This document shows positions 18,089 through 26,112 of a DNA stretch of 64,000 nucleotides, piece by piece. A program made the translations under genes and the position numbers. A model generated the notes under the pieces. That model was not told where the DNA came from. It did not search any database and saw only the letters and a program-made list of their open reading frames with translations. The first letter of the stretch is position 1. The number at the start of each line of letters is the position of its first letter. The DNA comes from Gemmatimonadales bacterium (GTDB taxonomy: Bacteria > Gemmatimonadota > Gemmatimonadetes > Longimicrobiales > Gaopeijiaceae), in the NCBI GenBank assembly GCA_020344755.1, contig CP070829.1, positions 472,973 through 536,972 of the forward strand, in the 5' to 3' direction.

Positions 18089-19224
18089 GAGCCCAACTTA
18101 CAGACGACGACCGTGGCATCGTCGTGGCGCTTGCCGTACTGGGAGACCAGCCGGTCCGCAACGGTCTCCACGCCCTGGTACCGGAGCTGAGGGTAGTCCT
18201 CGAAGTCTGTGCGGTCCGAGATCCCGTCCGTGTGGATGATGAGGACGTCGTCCGGATTCAGCTGAGCTGTCTCGACCCGGGGCGTCTTCACCTGGACACC
18301 GACGGTGCCGGGCATCGAGCCCATTCGTTGTGACGTCGCACCCTGGATCCGGAACACGGTGTTGCCGATGGCGGCGTGACGAACGGTGCCACTCGACAGG
18401 TCGATCCAGCAGACCGAGACCGCCGCACCCACGGTATCTTGGAGGCGATCGTGCAACCGCGTCATGACATGGGCCAGGTCCGGGCTCCCGTGGCTCCTCA
18501 GATGGCGGGTCGCTGCCTTCGCCGCCAGGTGCGCCGAGCGTCCGTGCCCGAGCCCGTCCACGACGCCGATGAGCACCCCGCCCTCCACCTCGGTCACCGA
18601 TACCGCGTCGCCGCTCACCATCTCACCCCGACAGGGCCGATTGACGTGGGCGACCTGCAGGGTGACGCCTGGAGCGACGGAGCTCGGGAAGGACCGGGAA
18701 CCCCGAAGCGTGCCCCGCTCCGCCAGGCGGGCAGTGCCCGTGAGGGCATCCGAGCCCAGACGCCTTCTCACCCGCGCTCCGGACGGCTGGAGCCACTTGC
18801 GGACCACGACGCGTGTCCCTACCCCCACGGTCGATTCGATGTCGAAGTCGTCCATCATCCGCCGCACGCCTGGCAATCCGAGCCCCAGGGTCCCGCTGGA
18901 ACTGAAGTGATCCTGCAGCGCTCGCTGGACGTCATCGATCCCGGGTCCCCGGTCCGACACCGTGATCTGGATCCCCCTGCGTCGCACATCCTGCACTTCC
19001 TCCAGCATGACCGATCCATGCGTGGCGTACTTCAGGATGTTCGTGGCCAACTCGGACACCACCGTTCCGAGGGAGCGGCTCTCGGTGTCCGTGAATCCCA
19101 TGCCCTTCGCAAGGTCCGTGGCAGAAAGGACTGCGTGGTGCACGTCCCCCTCCGCCCGGATTCTCACCGACCGCCGGACTCGGGCCTTATCGTCCACGGC
19201 GTGCCCTGCGCCCGCGTAGCTCAC
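18085..19224 (-). CDS. rsbT-rsbX: RsbT kinase / RsbX phosphatase fusion
   Basis: SELATNILKYA, DRGPGI, TLGLGLPGVRRMMDDF; then SGDAV, VDGLGHG, HTDGISD, DDATVVV. Confidence 0.88.
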   Translation of the reverse strand: MSYAGAGHAVDDKARVRRSVRIRAEGDVHHAVLSATDLAKGMGFTDTESRSLGTVVSELATNILKYATHGSVMLEEVQDVRRRGIQITVSDRGPGIDDVQRALQDHFSSSGTLGLGLPGVRRMMDDFDIESTVGVGTRVVVRKWLQPSGARVRRRLGSDALTGTARLAERGTLRGSRSFPSSVAPGVTLQVAHVNRPCRGEMVSGDAVSVTEVEGGVLIGVVDGLGHGRSAHLAAKAATRHLRSHGSPDLAHVMTRLHDRLQDTVGAAVSVCWIDLSSGTVRHAAIGNTVFRIQGATSQRMGSMPGTVGVQVKTPRVETAQLNPDDVLIIHTDGISDRTDFEDYPQLRYQGVETVADRLVSQYGKRHDDATVVVCKLGS

Positions 19225-19667
19225 GCCTCGGGATCATCCGTCTCCACCTCTTCCCCCAGGTCCTCGGACGCACCCTCTTCGGTCACCTCACCGGAGTTCC
19301 GGTTGCGCATCTTCTCGAAGGCGTCGTCGAGGGTCGCCGTGGCGATCACGCCTTCGGTATCGATCCCCAGATCGATCAGGGCCGACACCACGCCCGCCTG
19401 AAGTCCCGAGAGGACGGTCGACGCTCCCATGAGGTGGGCCATCCGCATGGTATCGCGCAGGGCCCGGAAGTCGGCGGCGTCCATCACGTCCACCCCGGAG
19501 AGGTCGAGGATGACGCCCCGCGCGCCGGACGACCGCACGAACTCCAGCAACTCGTCCCGGAATGCGGCCAGCACCCGGTCGTCGAGATCGATCTGAATCG
19601 ATGCCACGACGCATCCCTGCGCCACCTGCAGTGGAATCCTCGCCCCGGCGTCGAGTCCCCGGCTCAA
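19221..19667 (-). CDS. rsbS: Stressosome STAS scaffold RsbS
   Basis: RIPLQ, VASIQIDLDD, GVILDLSG, LMGASTVLSGLQAGVVSALIDLG; located between rsbR and rsbT. Confidence 0.88.
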   Translation of the reverse strand: MSRGLDAGARIPLQVAQGCVVASIQIDLDDRVLAAFRDELLEFVRSSGARGVILDLSGVDVMDAADFRALRDTMRMAHLMGASTVLSGLQAGVVSALIDLGIDTEGVIATATLDDAFEKMRNRNSGEVTEEGASEDLGEEVETDDPEA

Positions 19668-20575
19668 CGGCCCCGCCCACCCGCTCGGCCAATGGCACCC
19701 ACCGCGTCGGCCAGCGCGTCCCGCATGGTCGCGGTGGTATTCACCTCGCCGACGTCGATCCCCAGGTCGACGATCGTCTGTGCGATGGCCGGCGATACCC
19801 CGGAGATGGTGGTCTCACACCCCATGAGCTTCGTCGCTCGGGTGATCTTGATGAGGTGGTTGGCCACAGCCGTGTCCACCACGCCGACACCGCTGATGTC
19901 GAGAATGAAGACCCGGGCCTGGGTCTCGGCGATCTTGCCCAGAGTCGCGTTCATGATCTCCCGGGAGCGGCGGGAGTCGATGATCCCGACGACCGGGAGA
20001 AAGAGCAGGCCGTCCCAGATCTCCGTCACCGGAGTGGACATCTCCATGAGGGAGCGGGACTGCGCGGTCAGCGTCTGTTCCACCAGGTGGTTGTAGGTGT
20101 CCACCACGATGGCCGTGTCGAAGTGGAGCAGCTTGATGACCGAGTCCAGGATCGCAGCACGCTCTTCGTCCGCGAAATTCCCTTCCCGGACTACCATGCT
20201 GAACAGCTCCTGGAACATGTTCATGCCGGCGAAATAGGTGTTCAACGGGAGCCCGATCCGCGCGTGCGCCTCTCCCACCACGGCCCGCCGCTGCACGTAC
20301 TCGTTGTCGACCGCGCCGTCCATGAAGAACTCCCAGTAGGAGTCCTGCAGCCGCTGGACGCGTTTGAGGGTCTCGGGGTCCGAGAAGAACTCGTCGTAAT
20401 CCGGGTGGTTTTCGAGCCAGTCGTACCATCGCTGCACCAGCTCGTCCATCCGGGCCAGGGCCTCGGCGCCGAACCTGCGGATTCTCTCCAGGTCCTCGTC
20501 GCTGATGCGATACAGCTCGAGGAGTTCCCTATGGTCGAGGTGGGTCGGGGTGGCAAAGTCATGCGGATGGTTCAT
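19664..20575 (-). CDS. rsbR: RsbR with N-terminal protoglobin/sensor globin domain and C-terminal STAS
   Basis: GAGGA RBS; globin helices with proximal GEAHARIGL; STAS MSTPV, LDISGVGVVDTAVANHL. Alternative start at 20623. Confidence 0.88.
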   Translation of the reverse strand: MNHPHDFATPTHLDHRELLELYRISDEDLERIRRFGAEALARMDELVQRWYDWLENHPDYDEFFSDPETLKRVQRLQDSYWEFFMDGAVDNEYVQRRAVVGEAHARIGLPLNTYFAGMNMFQELFSMVVREGNFADEERAAILDSVIKLLHFDTAIVVDTYNHLVEQTLTAQSRSLMEMSTPVTEIWDGLLFLPVVGIIDSRRSREIMNATLGKIAETQARVFILDISGVGVVDTAVANHLIKITRATKLMGCETTISGVSPAIAQTIVDLGIDVGEVNTTATMRDALADAVGAIGRAGGRGR

Positions 20576-20632
20576 GGATTCCTCACGTTGGCTTCTCGAT
20601 TTCCGGGCCGGGGGCACGTTCATTCGGTTCCA

Positions 20633-22504
20633 TCAGTCGGCTTCCCCCGTGGCGACCTCGATGGCGTCCCTCAGTGACCGGGCCGTGGCGATTCCCGACA
20701 TGGTTTCGGGGTGGTCGGCCAGATCGGCGGCGAGTTGGGGACGCAAGCCGGACAAGATCACCTTGGCGCCCATGAGCCGAGCCGCCTGGGCTACCAGGGC
20801 CAGCTCGTCCGCCACCTCGGGATCCAACCGGGACACCCCTGTAAGGTCGACGATGACGCAGCGATCCCCTCGTTCGTGCAGGCGGTGGGTGAGAGAGTCG
20901 CGGATCCGCTGACACCGGGACCGGTCGAGCTCTCCCACCAGGGGGAGCACCACCACGTCGTCGTGTATGGGGATCAGCGGGGTGGAGAGGGCCTCGATGG
21001 ACCTGTTCTGACGGTCGATCAGGTCGCGCAGCGACACGCGCATGGACTCGAAGCTCCGGGCCAGGTCCCCCACCTCGTCCCCACGGTTCATGTCCACGGG
21101 CTGATCCAGCTCACCGCCGGCCAGGGCGTTCGCCGTGACCGACAGGGCCTGGATGGGCCGAACGAGATTGCCAGAGAACCAGTAGGCCAGGAGAGCGAGA
21201 AGGGGGATGAGGACCACCAACGCGACCGCCATTCGACGACCGAGTGTTCCGACGGCGGACATGGCCTCGGCGACGTCGATCTCGCTCATGATCACCCAGT
21301 TCAGGTCCTGGATGTCCAGGGGCCGGAATGCCGAAAACACCTCCACGTCGCGGTAGTCCCTGAAACGGGACTCGCCGGTCTCACCGGCGAGGGCCCGGCT
21401 CACGCCTTCCGTGCGGGCGGGCTGAAGTCCCACCGCACTCTCCTGGGCCTCGATGGATCGCACGACGGTCTCGTCGATCCCGGCCGCCCGGATCGCGGCG
21501 AGATATCCTTCCCGCTCCTCGATGAGGAATCGAGACTCCGTCCGCAGCGTCTCGTCCGGTCCCACCAGGTAGGCCTCTCCCGTCTCTCCGAAGCCCACGG
21601 ACCGCCACGCGCCTCCACTGGTCATGGTCTCGTTGATCCGGCTCAGTGGCATCTGGAAGACCAGGGCTCCCAGGACCTCGCCCTCCTCCACGACGGGGGA
21701 GGCAATGAAGGAGGCCGGGGCTCCGTAAGAGGGAAGATAGGGACGGAAGTCTACGAGCCGAGCGTCGGACGCTGCGGGGAACCCCATCGCCGCCGCGGAG
21801 ACGTCGGCGAGACTGGACTGGCGGTGGGGCCCCGCCGAGAGAGAGGTCCCGAAGTCCACCTCCTTGAAGACGGAGTAGACGATCCGGAGGTCGGTAGCGC
21901 TCACCAGGAAGAGATCGTAGTAGCCGAATCGCTCCAGGAACTGTCGAAGGAGCGGGTGGTAGCGCGCGTGGGCCTCGTCGTAGCGGGTACCCGCATCCGA
22001 AGCGTCCAGGAGGTGCTTGAAATCCAGGGCGTAGGGGTTGTCGCCGATGTAGAGGTGCTGCAGCGACAGGGCCACCGGGTCCTCGGGCCAGTACCGCGAC
22101 AGGGGCCCCGGATCGTCCACGCTGGCCTCGAGTCGGGGATAGAACTCGTTCTGATAGTGGACTCTGACTTCACGTTCCACGTCCGGGGCGGACAGCTGCC
22201 TCGCTGCGAGTTCCTGCTCCAGCGTCGCGGTGGCCGCCGAGAACTCCCGTAGGGCCGCGACCACCATCCGGTCCTCCGAGAGCGTCACCAACTGGTCGCG
22301 AATCGTCTGGAAATAGTCCTCGATCTGTTGGCCCTTGAGCTCCCGTGCTGCGGTGAGTTGGTCGATGGCCTGCTGCTCCAGGGTGCGGACCCCGAGCCGG
22401 TACGACACGACAGCCATCGTGCCGATGGACACCAGCGTGACCAGCGCCAGGACCGAGAGCACCCGGACCCGGATCGATCGGTCACGCTCGAAGGAGCCGA
22501 ACAT
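20633..22504 (-). CDS. Membrane-anchored RsbR paralogue (TM-dCache-like-TM-HAMP-STAS)
   Basis: Two TM segments around a large extracytoplasmic domain (GYYDLFL, DFRPYLPSYGAPASFIASP, GETGEAYLVG); HAMP RGDEVGDLARSF; STAS LSTPLIP...LSGLRP. Confidence 0.85.
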   Translation of the reverse strand: MFGSFERDRSIRVRVLSVLALVTLVSIGTMAVVSYRLGVRTLEQQAIDQLTAARELKGQQIEDYFQTIRDQLVTLSEDRMVVAALREFSAATATLEQELAARQLSAPDVEREVRVHYQNEFYPRLEASVDDPGPLSRYWPEDPVALSLQHLYIGDNPYALDFKHLLDASDAGTRYDEAHARYHPLLRQFLERFGYYDLFLVSATDLRIVYSVFKEVDFGTSLSAGPHRQSSLADVSAAAMGFPAASDARLVDFRPYLPSYGAPASFIASPVVEEGEVLGALVFQMPLSRINETMTSGGAWRSVGFGETGEAYLVGPDETLRTESRFLIEEREGYLAAIRAAGIDETVVRSIEAQESAVGLQPARTEGVSRALAGETGESRFRDYRDVEVFSAFRPLDIQDLNWVIMSEIDVAEAMSAVGTLGRRMAVALVVLIPLLALLAYWFSGNLVRPIQALSVTANALAGGELDQPVDMNRGDEVGDLARSFESMRVSLRDLIDRQNRSIEALSTPLIPIHDDVVVLPLVGELDRSRCQRIRDSLTHRLHERGDRCVIVDLTGVSRLDPEVADELALVAQAARLMGAKVILSGLRPQLAADLADHPETMSGIATARSLRDAIEVATGEAD

Positions 22505-22516
22505 CCGAGCGACGGC

Positions 22517-22918
22517 TCAGACCCGGTCCACCCGGACGCGACCCGCGGGCAGGGTCACGTACCAGACCGGCTCCGTAATCACCGATTCCACCGGGTAGAG
22601 AAGGCCGTCCTGGTCGAGGACGTCACCCAGCCGCACCGCGACGGTCACCCGTCCCTGGTCGCGCCACTGGCTGTCGGGCCGGAGGGCGAATGCGACCCCC
22701 GGGCCGACCTGGCTCGCCACCGTGCCGTACCCCCCACCGTAGACGTCCACCACGGCCTCCGACGGATCCGGATTCGCCGACATCCACCACCCTCCCGAGG
22801 ACTCGTCGAGCTCGAGGAAGTCTTCCAGCGTAGCTCGGTACAACACCGTTTCGGCGTCGAGACCGTGGGCCTCCAGGGTCTCCGAGAGGATTCGTTCCGT
22901 TTCGGGTTCGTGTGGCAT
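22517..22918 (-). CDS. Hypothetical protein (133 aa)
   Basis: Fills the gap between flotillin and the membrane RsbR, 12 nt from the next start; GC3-rich codons. Confidence 0.7.
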   Translation of the reverse strand: MPHEPETERILSETLEAHGLDAETVLYRATLEDFLELDESSGGWWMSANPDPSEAVVDVYGGGYGTVASQVGPGVAFALRPDSQWRDQGRVTVAVRLGDVLDQDGLLYPVESVITEPVWYVTLPAGRVRVDRV

Positions 22919-22984
22919 GGTCGATGGGCTCGGGGCAGCGCAGACGGCGACAGCCGTGATAATGGCGATACGACTGCAGGGGCG

Positions 22985-24286
22985 CTAATCCAGCTCCTTG
23001 GGAAGATCGCCAGCCTCCTTGGCCCCACCACCCGACCCCAGCCGGGCCAGGTCCACCCCCGTGGCGTTCTTCATCTGTTCCATCATGCTGACCGCCGATC
23101 CCGTGAGGTTGCGGACGTAGTTGGGGAGCCCCTCTCCACCGGCGTCTCCGCCGCCATCGAGGATCGTGAGCTTGTCGATGCGGAGGTTCTCCGCGACTAC
23201 GCGGGTGACCTTGTCCACCAGATCCGGGAACATGCGGATCATGAAGAGATCCTGGGTCGCCCCACCGTCCCACTCTTCCCGCATGAGGTGGACGGCCTCG
23301 GCCGTGGCCCGTCCCTCCTCACGAATCCGCGCCGCCCGTCCCTCGGCCTCGAGCCGGTCGGCTTCGGACCGCGCCCGCGCGGGAATGATGGTGTCCGCCG
23401 AGTGGCGCTTCTCGCTGAGTTCCGCCCGGCGAGACTCCAGGTCGACTTCCCGGTCCACGCGGGCGATTCGCCCTGCGACCTCCGCGCGCTCGCGCGCCTC
23501 GTTGGTCTCGGCTTGGAGGTTTGCACGCTCCACCTCCAGGGCGTTCTCCTTCTCGATCACCTGGCGCTCCGCCGCGATCTCCGCCTCCCGACCGAGGCGC
23601 TTCTGCTCCGCGGACACCTGCCGTGCTTCGGCGTCCGCCTGGGCCTCGGCGATGCGGGCGTCCCGCTGAACCTCCGCGTTCCGCTTGCGCCCGATGGCCT
23701 CCAGATATCCCGCCTCGTCCGAGAGATCCTGGATCTGGAAGAAGTCCAGGACGATGCCCAGTCCCGAGAGCTCCCCGCGCGCCCTCGCGGTGACCTCCTG
23801 CGCCAGATCGAGGCGACGCTCGTTGGCCTCCTCCGGGCTCACGCCGGCAATGACACCCCGGAGCGCGCCTTCGAGCACCTGCTGGGCAGTCTTGTCGATG
23901 GCCTCGACCCCCTTGCCCAGGAACCGCTCGATGCCTGCCTCCAGCCCCTCGTCCTCTCGGCCCGCCAGCTTCACATTCGCCTTCCCCTCGATGTCCACGG
24001 GAATCATCCCGCGGCACAGCGCCTTGTGGGGCCGGACCTGCACGGTTCGGGTAGTGAGTGGGAGCCGCATGGCCGACTCCAGGAGGGGCCATTTGAATCC
24101 CCGCCCCCCCCGAATCAGGCGATAGCCCACCACGGTTCCATCCTGGGTCTTTCGCTTGCGACCCGAGATGATCACCACCTCGTTGGGCTGGCAGATCACG
24201 ATGTTGGCCTTGATGAAGATCACCAGGGCCAGGATTCCAAAGGCCCCGATCCCGAGATAGATCCCGATCAGCTGTGCTTGGTCCAT
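22985..24286 (-). CDS. Flotillin / SPFH (band 7) protein
   Basis: N-terminal TM, PNEVVIISGR, LEGALRGVIA, IQDLSDEAGYLEAIGRKRNAEV, Ala/Glu-rich coiled coil. Confidence 0.9.
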   Translation of the reverse strand: MDQAQLIGIYLGIGAFGILALVIFIKANIVICQPNEVVIISGRKRKTQDGTVVGYRLIRGGRGFKWPLLESAMRLPLTTRTVQVRPHKALCRGMIPVDIEGKANVKLAGREDEGLEAGIERFLGKGVEAIDKTAQQVLEGALRGVIAGVSPEEANERRLDLAQEVTARARGELSGLGIVLDFFQIQDLSDEAGYLEAIGRKRNAEVQRDARIAEAQADAEARQVSAEQKRLGREAEIAAERQVIEKENALEVERANLQAETNEARERAEVAGRIARVDREVDLESRRAELSEKRHSADTIIPARARSEADRLEAEGRAARIREEGRATAEAVHLMREEWDGGATQDLFMIRMFPDLVDKVTRVVAENLRIDKLTILDGGGDAGGEGLPNYVRNLTGSAVSMMEQMKNATGVDLARLGSGGGAKEAGDLPKELD

Positions 24287-24306
24287 GATGAGCCCTTCGG
24301 AAACGG

Positions 24307-25743
24307 CTACGTGTTGAAGTAGAGGGAGAACTCGCCCGGGTGCGGTCGAAGCCGGACGAAATCGATCTCGTTCTGACGCTTGTATTCGACCCAGGTCTCG
24401 ATGAGGTCGGGCGTGAAGACGCCGTCCTGCACCAGGAAGTCGTGGTCGGCCTCGAGCGCGGTGATGGCCTCGTCCAGCGAACCGGGTGTCCGCTCGATGT
24501 CGGCGCCCGCCCCGCTGGCCGCCAACTCGTAGATGTCTTCGTCCACCGGGTCGGGCGGCTCGATGCGTCTGCGAACCCCGTCGATCCCCGCACACATGAT
24601 GGCGGCGAAGCTCAGGTAGGGATTACACGACGGATCGGGCGTGCGAAACTCGATGCGTTTCGACTTCGGTCCCCCGGTCATGGTGGGGATGCGAATGCAG
24701 GCGCTCCGGTTCCGACCCGAGTAGAGGAGGTTCATGGGCGCCTCATAGCCCGGCACCAACCGCCGGTACGAATTGGTGGTCGGGCAGCAGATCCCGCACA
24801 AGGCCCGCGCGTGGGCCAGCAGCCCTCCGACGAAGTGCAGGGCCACCTCGCTGAGATCACCGTAGCGGCCCGCCTCGTAGAAGACGTTCCGTCCGTCTTT
24901 GGACAGGCTGATGTTGTGGTGCATTCCCGATCCGTTCTCCTGCAGGAGCGGCTTGGGCATGAACGTCGCCGTCTTCCCGAACCGGTTCACGACGTTCTTC
25001 ACCACGTACTTGTACTTGATGGCCGCATCGGCCTGCTGCAGGAGGGGCCCGAAACGGAAGCCGATCTCGCACTGGCCGGCCGCACCGACCTCGTGATGAT
25101 GCAACTCCGGCTGCAGCCCCACCTTCTTCAGGACGTGCGAAATCTTGGACCGGAGGTTGTTGTACTGGTCCACCGGCGGGGCCGAGAAGTACGCCCCCCG
25201 CTGGGCGGCCCGGTGTCCCAGGTTCGGGTCGTCTCCCTTCTCGCCGGTGGACCACGACGCCGCAGAGCTATTCAGGAAGAAGTACCCGTGCTGCGTGGCC
25301 TGGTCGAAGCGTACGTCGTCGAAGATGAAGAACTCGATCTCCGGGCCGAAGTACGCCGTGTCGGCGATCCCCAGCGAACGCAACAGGACCTCCGCCCGCC
25401 GCGCCACGGACCGTGGATCCCGGGAGAAGGTGTAGCGCCCGTTGGGGTCCACGATGTCGCAGAACACCGAGAGCGCCGGATCATCGAAGAAAGGGTCCGC
25501 GAAGACGGATGCGGGATCCGGAATCAGGAGCATGTCGCTCTGGTTGATCCGCGTGAATCCCCGGACCGACGACCCGTCGAAGGCCATCCCGTTCCGGAAG
25601 AGCGCCTCGTCCACCATCTCCGCAGGCAGGGTGAGATGCTGGAGGGTCCCCAGGAGGTCCACGAACTTCAGGTCCAGGAATTCGATCCCCTCGTCGTTGA
25701 TCCTGCGAACCACGTCTCGCGCGCTGGTGGGGCGATTCGGCAT
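24307..25743 (-). CDS. glnA: Glutamine synthetase type I
   Basis: FDGSSVRGF, FGPEIEFF, HHEVGAAGQCE, TFMPKP...NGSGMHH, RLVPGYEAP, NRSACIRIP, RIEFRTPDP; adenylylation Tyr retained in DIYEL. Confidence 0.97.
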   Translation of the reverse strand: MPNRPTSARDVVRRINDEGIEFLDLKFVDLLGTLQHLTLPAEMVDEALFRNGMAFDGSSVRGFTRINQSDMLLIPDPASVFADPFFDDPALSVFCDIVDPNGRYTFSRDPRSVARRAEVLLRSLGIADTAYFGPEIEFFIFDDVRFDQATQHGYFFLNSSAASWSTGEKGDDPNLGHRAAQRGAYFSAPPVDQYNNLRSKISHVLKKVGLQPELHHHEVGAAGQCEIGFRFGPLLQQADAAIKYKYVVKNVVNRFGKTATFMPKPLLQENGSGMHHNISLSKDGRNVFYEAGRYGDLSEVALHFVGGLLAHARALCGICCPTTNSYRRLVPGYEAPMNLLYSGRNRSACIRIPTMTGGPKSKRIEFRTPDPSCNPYLSFAAIMCAGIDGVRRRIEPPDPVDEDIYELAASGAGADIERTPGSLDEAITALEADHDFLVQDGVFTPDLIETWVEYKRQNEIDFVRLRPHPGEFSLYFNT

Positions 25744-25759
25744 GGTCGGCTCCCCTCTC

Positions 25760-26095
25760 CTAGTACAGCGCCCGCGAGCCGCGCTCGCCGGTCCACACCG
25801 TGACCACGTCGTGGAGCTCCGAGACGAAGATCTTCCCCCACCCCCCTGTCTCCATACACCCGCCGGTGATGGCCTCGATGGCGCGCTCCAGCACGGCATC
25901 GTTCACTGCCAGCTCCAGGCGAACACGCTTGAGGAGGGAGACCTCCTTCTTCACGCCCCGGAACATCTGCTGCTCGGTCCGCGGGGCGGTGCCCATGACC
26001 GAGGTGGCCGTCATGTGCCGGATCTCCGCGTCGAACAGGGCCTGCTTCACCGCCGGCAGCTGCTCGGGCTTGATGACGGCAACGATCATTTTCAT
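25760..26095 (-). CDS. glnK: P-II family nitrogen regulator, atypical
   Basis: MKMIVAVIKP, FRG, GKIFV and TGE give PII length and fold; between amtB and glnA; several signature residues are substituted. Confidence 0.82.
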   Translation of the reverse strand: MKMIVAVIKPEQLPAVKQALFDAEIRHMTATSVMGTAPRTEQQMFRGVKKEVSLLKRVRLELAVNDAVLERAIEAITGGCMETGGWGKIFVSELHDVVTVWTGERGSRALY

Positions 26096-26112
26096 TCGCG
26101 AGTCTCCCGAGC

